From positions 1-10,072 of the forward strand of contig JANPJS010000289.1 of assembly GCA_031425655.1 (NCBI GenBank): a DNA stretch of 10,072 nt, in the 5' to 3' direction. Origin of the DNA: Abditibacteriaceae bacterium (GTDB lineage: Bacteria > Armatimonadota > Abditibacteriia > Abditibacteriales > Abditibacteriaceae). The translations under genes and the position numbers were made by a program. Position 1 is the first letter of the stretch, and each line of letters begins with the position of its first letter. The notes below the pieces were generated by a model that saw only the letters and a program-made list of their open reading frames with translations, had not been told where the DNA came from and made no database searches. Positions 5,647 to 10,072 of the stretch are shown piece after piece.

Positions 5647-8600
5647 TCACTCTGGCAGCGCGACTTGAACCATTACGCTGTTGCCGGCGGCGTCCTGGGC
5701 GCGGATTTCGATTTTGCGCGGCGTCGTTATTTTCGCATCGCGCGGCGGCAATTGGGCGACGAAGCTTTCGCGGCGCGAATCGAAAATGCCATCGGCGGGC
5801 GCAGCGGCGTGCCACTCGTCTTTTTTGTCGGTTGAGTCCTTCGCACCGACTTTAAGGTCGGGCAGGGCAGGCAACGCTTCTTTTTTGTCGTCGGCTTTGG
5901 CTTCGGTTTTTTCATCCGAAACGAAGCGCCATTCGGCTCCCGCGATGGGCGAAAGCGTGTCTTCGGCGATGCCGGCCAAAGTCAGCACGCCGTTGACGAC
6001 GCGCACGCCGGCTTCGGCTTTGGGCGGCGTGTTGTCAACGGTAAACGGCAAACTGACGGATTCGTCGGCTTTCGGGTCTTCGGGGTTGCGCGCCGCGTCG
6101 GTGGCGACGACACGCACGCGATAAGCGCCGTCCGTCCATTTGGTGGTGTCGAGTTCATAGCTCGTGGCGTCGTCTTTGGGCATTTCGAGGGCGCGCCAAG
6201 CGCGCCCATCGGTGCTGGAAATAAAAACTTGATACCGCAGCGTATCGCCATCCGAATCTTTGCCGCTCCACATCAGTTTTTTCTTGCCTTTCCAATATTC
6301 GCCGCCGGGATCGGTCAGCGTCACGGTCGGCGCATTGTTTTTGGCGCGATAAACGGCCTCGACGCGCACTAAGCCCGCCGCCGGGTCGCGCGGATTGAAG
6401 CGCACGCGATATTGCAAATAGCGCGCATCCAAGGAAGCCACGCGCCAGTCGCCCAATTCGTTGGTCAGGGCGCTTTGCCAGTTGTTCCAGGTTTTGTCGG
6501 GCTGGGCTGTGTTTCCGCTGCGCGTTTCAAGGGTTACGCCGCGCCCCGTATAGCGAAGCGCGCCCCAATGCACGATGTTTTTCGCATCGAAAACGCCGGA
6601 CGTGAACAGGCCAGTGGCTTTGTCGCGCAGAGAAATGCGATAAGCCGCGCCGTTATTGCCCGTTCCGACCAGCAAATCGCCCAAAGGCGAAACGGCTAAC
6701 GCCAGCGCCTGCAATTGATCCGGCTCCAAAACGCGCGCTGCGATGGTTTCGTTGGCGCTTGGCGCCGGCAAAAGCAGATAAACCACGCCTTTGTTGCCGG
6801 TCGCCGCGATGATGCTGCCGTCGGGCGTGCGGCGGAGGGCGAAGACCGATTGCTGCGGCGAAGGATACAAGGCTTCGACGCCGTTTTCGGGCGTCCAGCG
6901 ATAAACCGTGCCATTGCCCGACGTGCCGAAATAAACGCCGCTTTGCGTTGCGGCGACTGCTAAAACTTCGCTTTCTGCAACGACACCAACGACCGCCGGC
7001 GCCTCGAAAATCGCTCTAAAAGTGCCGTCCTGCGCGTCAATACGCAGCAAAACGCCGTCGTCGCCCGTTCCGGCGAAGATGGCGCCGTCGGGCGCCGCGC
7101 TGAGTGCGCGAATGTGCTTTTGCGGCACGCTCGCCAGCAAAGTGCCGCCTTCCGCGATGGTTTTGGCATCGCTGGCCGCCGCGCCTGTGCGCGTGATGGC
7201 ATCGCCTATGCGAAAAACTTTGCCGCTGCCGGTCGCGCTGCCGTCGCCGGTGCCGACGAGCAAACGATTCTGCGCGTCCCATTCCAGCGCCCAAACATAG
7301 TTTTGTCCCGACGCGAAAATCGCGGTTTTTACGCCATCCGGCGCCAATCGGTAAACCGCGCCGCCGGGCGCAAAGGCCGCGTAAAGATTGCCGACGGCAT
7401 CCGTTGTAAGGGTGCTGACCGCCACTTCGTCGCCCTGATAAAGCAGAGTGCGATTGCCTTCGGCGTCCACTTTGAACACGCGCGCGTTGTTGCCGGTGCC
7501 TAAAAACACGTTGCCTTTGGCGTCACCGGCGATGCTCCACACGAACGGTTCGGGCGTGTTGGTCACGACTTTCGAGCCGGGCGCCGGACGAATCTGGCCG
7601 TCGCTGGTCAATAAAGCGTGGTCGAAGGTGCCGCCCATGAAATCTGCGGGGCTGCTTTGCACCCACGCTTGCGCTGGACGGCCCAGCGTTTTAGCGTCGG
7701 GCGTCGGGGTCGGCGTGGGTTTGGGCGTCGGAGTTGGCGTTGGCACTGCGGGAGTTGGCGGAGTTACGGGCGGCGGCACATTCGCGCCGCTGCCGGGCGG
7801 CGGCGGAACCGTAATGTCTTTTTTCTCGCCCGGCGCGGCGAATCGTTGCAGCGCCTCGATTTGCCGCAAAAACGGCGCATCGCTGAGCCACATTGCGAAA
7901 TTGTCGTTGGGCACGAATAATTGCGGCCCGAAGGAGGTTTCTTCGGGCCGCGGCGAGGGCGCGGCGGGGTCGCGCGGGATAACGACCGGCGGCACTACGC
8001 CGGTGCCCAAAACCGGCGGCGCGGGGCGCTGATCCGGGTTTTCGACGGGAATTGTCAGCAGTTGCGCGCCGAGAATTACAAAATCGAGCAATTCGCGGCG
8101 TTCTTCGACTTCGTTGTAAGCGCCGATGCCCGTGGTTTGCGAAGTCCGCACCAAACGCGACCACGAAGGCGGCGGCGACGGCAGTTTTTCTTGATCAATT
8201 TGCAAAAAAGTGCGCGGCGTCGAAACCACGATTACCAGTTCGTTGAACGCGCCGACTTTGCGAAACGCGGTTACCAGTTCGGGCAGCGTCGTCGGGTTGG
8301 GCGGCGCGCCGCCGCTGCGCGTTTGCAGCGGCCAAAACTCGGTGGCCGGCCCCGCCGCCACGCGCATCAGGCCGCTCGGCGCGTCGTCCGGCACCTTGAA
8401 ATCGAAGGTGCGCGTGAAGGTTTTGCCCGGCGTGTCGCTCGGCTCGAAGATGGCCGAAATCTGCACCGTATCGCCCGGCTTGACTTTGTTGCGATTGGCC
8501 ACCAGTTGCTTGAGGCGTGCGGTTTTGCGCTTCGGCTCGACCGTGACGGTCATATCCACGCGTTTCACGTTGCCGCGCGCGAACTCGTTGCGCTGCGTGA

Positions 8601-9966
8601 GACTAAGAGCTTGCGATAAATCCACCATCGCCGCGCCACCGATTTGCTCGGAGGCATAGAGATAATTGTGGCGCTTAATCGGCGCCGCACCTGCGATTTC
8701 CAAGCTCACTCCGACGCGCACCATTTTGTCCGCCGGCTGGCCCAAAATGCCTTCGATAGCGTCATTGGCGGTCATCAAAATGAGCTGCGGCGACAGCATC
8801 GGGTCTTTCATGATGCGCACACGCACGGCGCGCTTGATGTGCCGCTCGTCGTCGCGCAGCGTGATGGTCATGGGAATCATGTCGGCCTTCATGCCGACCG
8901 TTCCGCCGATGGCAAAACTCGTATCCTGTTGCAACGCACCGACTGCCGCGACCGGCGAACCAAATTTAAAGCTGCGCTGATAAGACGGAAAAATGTCGTG
9001 AATATAAGCCGTCGTCATCGGCAAAGACGCGGCGCCGATGCCGAACATCGGGTGTCCGAAAGCTAAAACGCGCCTGCCGATGCGCAGCGTAATAGTGCCG
9101 ACAGCGGTTTGATCCATATCGCCCGAAACAAGCTGCACGCCGATGGCGCCGCCTTCGGTAAACGGCGGATTCACGCCGGTTTTCTTCGACGACGGCCCGA
9201 TAATCGGCTCGATTTGATAGCGTTCCAACGCTTGACGCAGATGCGGCAACACTTTTTCCGAGTAGCCCGAAACCTGCAACAGCGTCGTCGCGGGCCGCAG
9301 CGTCATGGTGTTGCCGGACAACGCCAGACGTTTGCGGTCAGCGGAAACCACGACGCGCTCAATGGCGCGTCCGGCGAGCGTGAGCGGGAATTTAGGACGG
9401 TAGATGAGGGATGAAGGATGAGGGCGGAGGGATGAAAATTTCGCCGGTTGCGTGGGTTTCATCCCTCCGCCCTCATCCTTCATCCGTTGAGCGTCCGGCA
9501 ACGCGCCTTCGATCATTTGCGTGATGGGCGTGACGCCGCCGATTGGCTCTTTGGGAAAGCCCCAGCCCAGCGCGATGGCGCCCAGCAGCTTGCCGTTGAT
9601 ATAAACCGGGCTACCGCTCATGCCGGCGATGATGCCGCTTTGCCGTTTGACGACCGGGCCGCCCAGCACTTTGATTAAAACGATGTCGCCGCCGCTGTGC
9701 GAACGCTCTAAGACGCCCAGCACTTCGATGGGAAAGTCCTCGATTTTAGTGCCCTGAAACACGCTGCGCCCGATGCCGCGCATCCCGCGTTTGACTTCGG
9801 ACGAGCGCATGATTTTGCCCTGACGAAGCAGCATTTGCACAATTTGCTTGGCGTCCGCCGGCGATTCGGTGGGCACGGTGGTTTTGGGTTTGGTCTGGGC
9901 CAAAGAAGGCAGGCACGACAGCGCGACACAAACGGGCACGGCCACGCGGGACAAACGAGAGGGCAT
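5647..9966 (-). CDS. Secreted SpoIVB-like (S55) serine peptidase domain protein fused to a beta-propeller and C-terminal Ig/FN3-like domains
   Basis: Start placed at ATG 9966 (AGGAG RBS at 9980-9976), giving 1439 aa. Signal-peptide-like N-terminus MPSRLSRVAVPVCVALSCLPSLA|Q. S55 motifs GIIAGMSGSPVYINGKLLGAI (GMSGSP 9607-9624) and AVGTIT...LAFGHP (FGH 9052-9060). A Pro/Thr linker is followed by repeated blades (VWSIAGDAKGNVFLGTGNNARVFKV, VWALEWDAQNRLLVGTG, VFALRRTPDGSIIAATGNKGVVY), then W-x-G-x-D-x-DGD-x-L-x-Y and DGAYRVRVVATD...VDNTPP. Confidence 0.92.
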   Translation of the reverse strand: MPSRLSRVAVPVCVALSCLPSLAQTKPKTTVPTESPADAKQIVQMLLRQGKIMRSSEVKRGMRGIGRSVFQGTKIEDFPIEVLGVLERSHSGGDIVLIKVLGGPVVKRQSGIIAGMSGSPVYINGKLLGAIALGWGFPKEPIGGVTPITQMIEGALPDAQRMKDEGGGMKPTQPAKFSSLRPHPSSLIYRPKFPLTLAGRAIERVVVSADRKRLALSGNTMTLRPATTLLQVSGYSEKVLPHLRQALERYQIEPIIGPSSKKTGVNPPFTEGGAIGVQLVSGDMDQTAVGTITLRIGRRVLAFGHPMFGIGAASLPMTTAYIHDIFPSYQRSFKFGSPVAAVGALQQDTSFAIGGTVGMKADMIPMTITLRDDERHIKRAVRVRIMKDPMLSPQLILMTANDAIEGILGQPADKMVRVGVSLEIAGAAPIKRHNYLYASEQIGGAAMVDLSQALSLTQRNEFARGNVKRVDMTVTVEPKRKTARLKQLVANRNKVKPGDTVQISAIFEPSDTPGKTFTRTFDFKVPDDAPSGLMRVAAGPATEFWPLQTRSGGAPPNPTTLPELVTAFRKVGAFNELVIVVSTPRTFLQIDQEKLPSPPPSWSRLVRTSQTTGIGAYNEVEERRELLDFVILGAQLLTIPVENPDQRPAPPVLGTGVVPPVVIPRDPAAPSPRPEETSFGPQLFVPNDNFAMWLSDAPFLRQIEALQRFAAPGEKKDITVPPPPGSGANVPPPVTPPTPAVPTPTPTPKPTPTPTPDAKTLGRPAQAWVQSSPADFMGGTFDHALLTSDGQIRPAPGSKVVTNTPEPFVWSIAGDAKGNVFLGTGNNARVFKVDAEGNRTLLYQGDEVAVSTLTTDAVGNLYAAFAPGGAVYRLAPDGVKTAIFASGQNYVWALEWDAQNRLLVGTGDGSATGSGKVFRIGDAITRTGAAASDAKTIAEGGTLLASVPQKHIRALSAAPDGAIFAGTGDDGVLLRIDAQDGTFRAIFEAPAVVGVVAESEVLAVAATQSGVYFGTSGNGTVYRWTPENGVEALYPSPQQSVFALRRTPDGSIIAATGNKGVVYLLLPAPSANETIAARVLEPDQLQALALAVSPLGDLLVGTGNNGAAYRISLRDKATGLFTSGVFDAKNIVHWGALRYTGRGVTLETRSGNTAQPDKTWNNWQSALTNELGDWRVASLDARYLQYRVRFNPRDPAAGLVRVEAVYRAKNNAPTVTLTDPGGEYWKGKKKLMWSGKDSDGDTLRYQVFISSTDGRAWRALEMPKDDATSYELDTTKWTDGAYRVRVVATDAARNPEDPKADESVSLPFTVDNTPPKAEAGVRVVNGVLTLAGIAEDTLSPIAGAEWRFVSDEKTEAKADDKKEALPALPDLKVGAKDSTDKKDEWHAAAPADGIFDSRRESFVAQLPPRDAKITTPRKIEIRAQDAAGNSVMVQVALPE
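7699..7810 (-). repeat. Pro/Thr-rich interdomain linker (PT repeats)
   Basis: Encodes VPPPPGSGANVPPPVTPPTPAVPTPTPTPKPTPTPTP between the peptidase half and the propeller half. Confidence 0.8.
9404..9485. repeat. In-frame palindromic heptamer-repeat element within the peptidase gene
   Basis: GGATGAAGGATGAGGGCGGAGGGATGAAA (9409-9437) is the exact reverse complement of 9457-9485, with a 19-nt spacer. The arms are tandem 7-mers (ATGAGGG/ATGAAGG/CGGAGGG). Translated as RMKDEGGGMKPTQPAKFSSLRPHPSSLI. Confidence 0.9.
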
Positions 9967-10072
9967 TTGGGAATTCTCCTGACGGTAAAGACAAATGGGA
10001 AACAACTTTTGAGGCTTGGGATCAGACAGTTTTAATGGAACAGGGATTCCACGGAAACGGCCACGGATTTTC

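Noticed and set aside
5203..5815. Two opposite-strand ORFs sharing the peptide GKGGKAGR
   Set aside because: Artefact of the 26-bp DNA inverted repeat; not duplicated genes.
5681..9994. Numerous overlapping ORFs within the peptidase gene (and similarly within 1055-5142)
   Set aside because: Expected shadow frames in GC-rich coding DNA; no motifs or RBS support.
9967..10005. Upstream start for the peptidase at 10005
   Set aside because: ATG 9966 has an AGGAG RBS and yields a clean signal peptide.
10022..10072. TCAGACAG (shared with 5539-5546) and CCACGGA x2 at the right edge
   Set aside because: Could be the start of another repeat element, but it is short and truncated by the window.

Overview
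GC-rich bacterial window with three blocks. (1) 1-654: a minus-strand type II toxin-antitoxin pair. The PemK/MazF-family toxin runs off the left edge and is missing from the ORF track. It is coupled by an ATGA overlap to a 65-aa acidic, apparently leaderless partner, and a truncated second copy of the toxin 3' end lies just upstream. (2) 1055-5142: a plus-strand three-gene cluster. It encodes a ~6-TM membrane protein fused to a TRAFAC-class GTPase resembling the 'double-GTPase' type, a translationally coupled GAP1-N-like membrane-anchored protein, and a small single-TM protein. This is the best candidate for an undescribed system. (3) 5647-9966: a large secreted SpoIVB/S55-type peptidase with permuted motif order, fused to a beta-propeller and Ig-like tail, with a perfect 29-bp palindromic repeat translated in frame. 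The convergent gap 5143-5646 is almost entirely nested inverted repeats: a 94-bp TA-ended MITE-like element, a ~315-bp nested palindrome and a terminator-like hairpin. All family calls come from reading motifs by eye; no searches were run.
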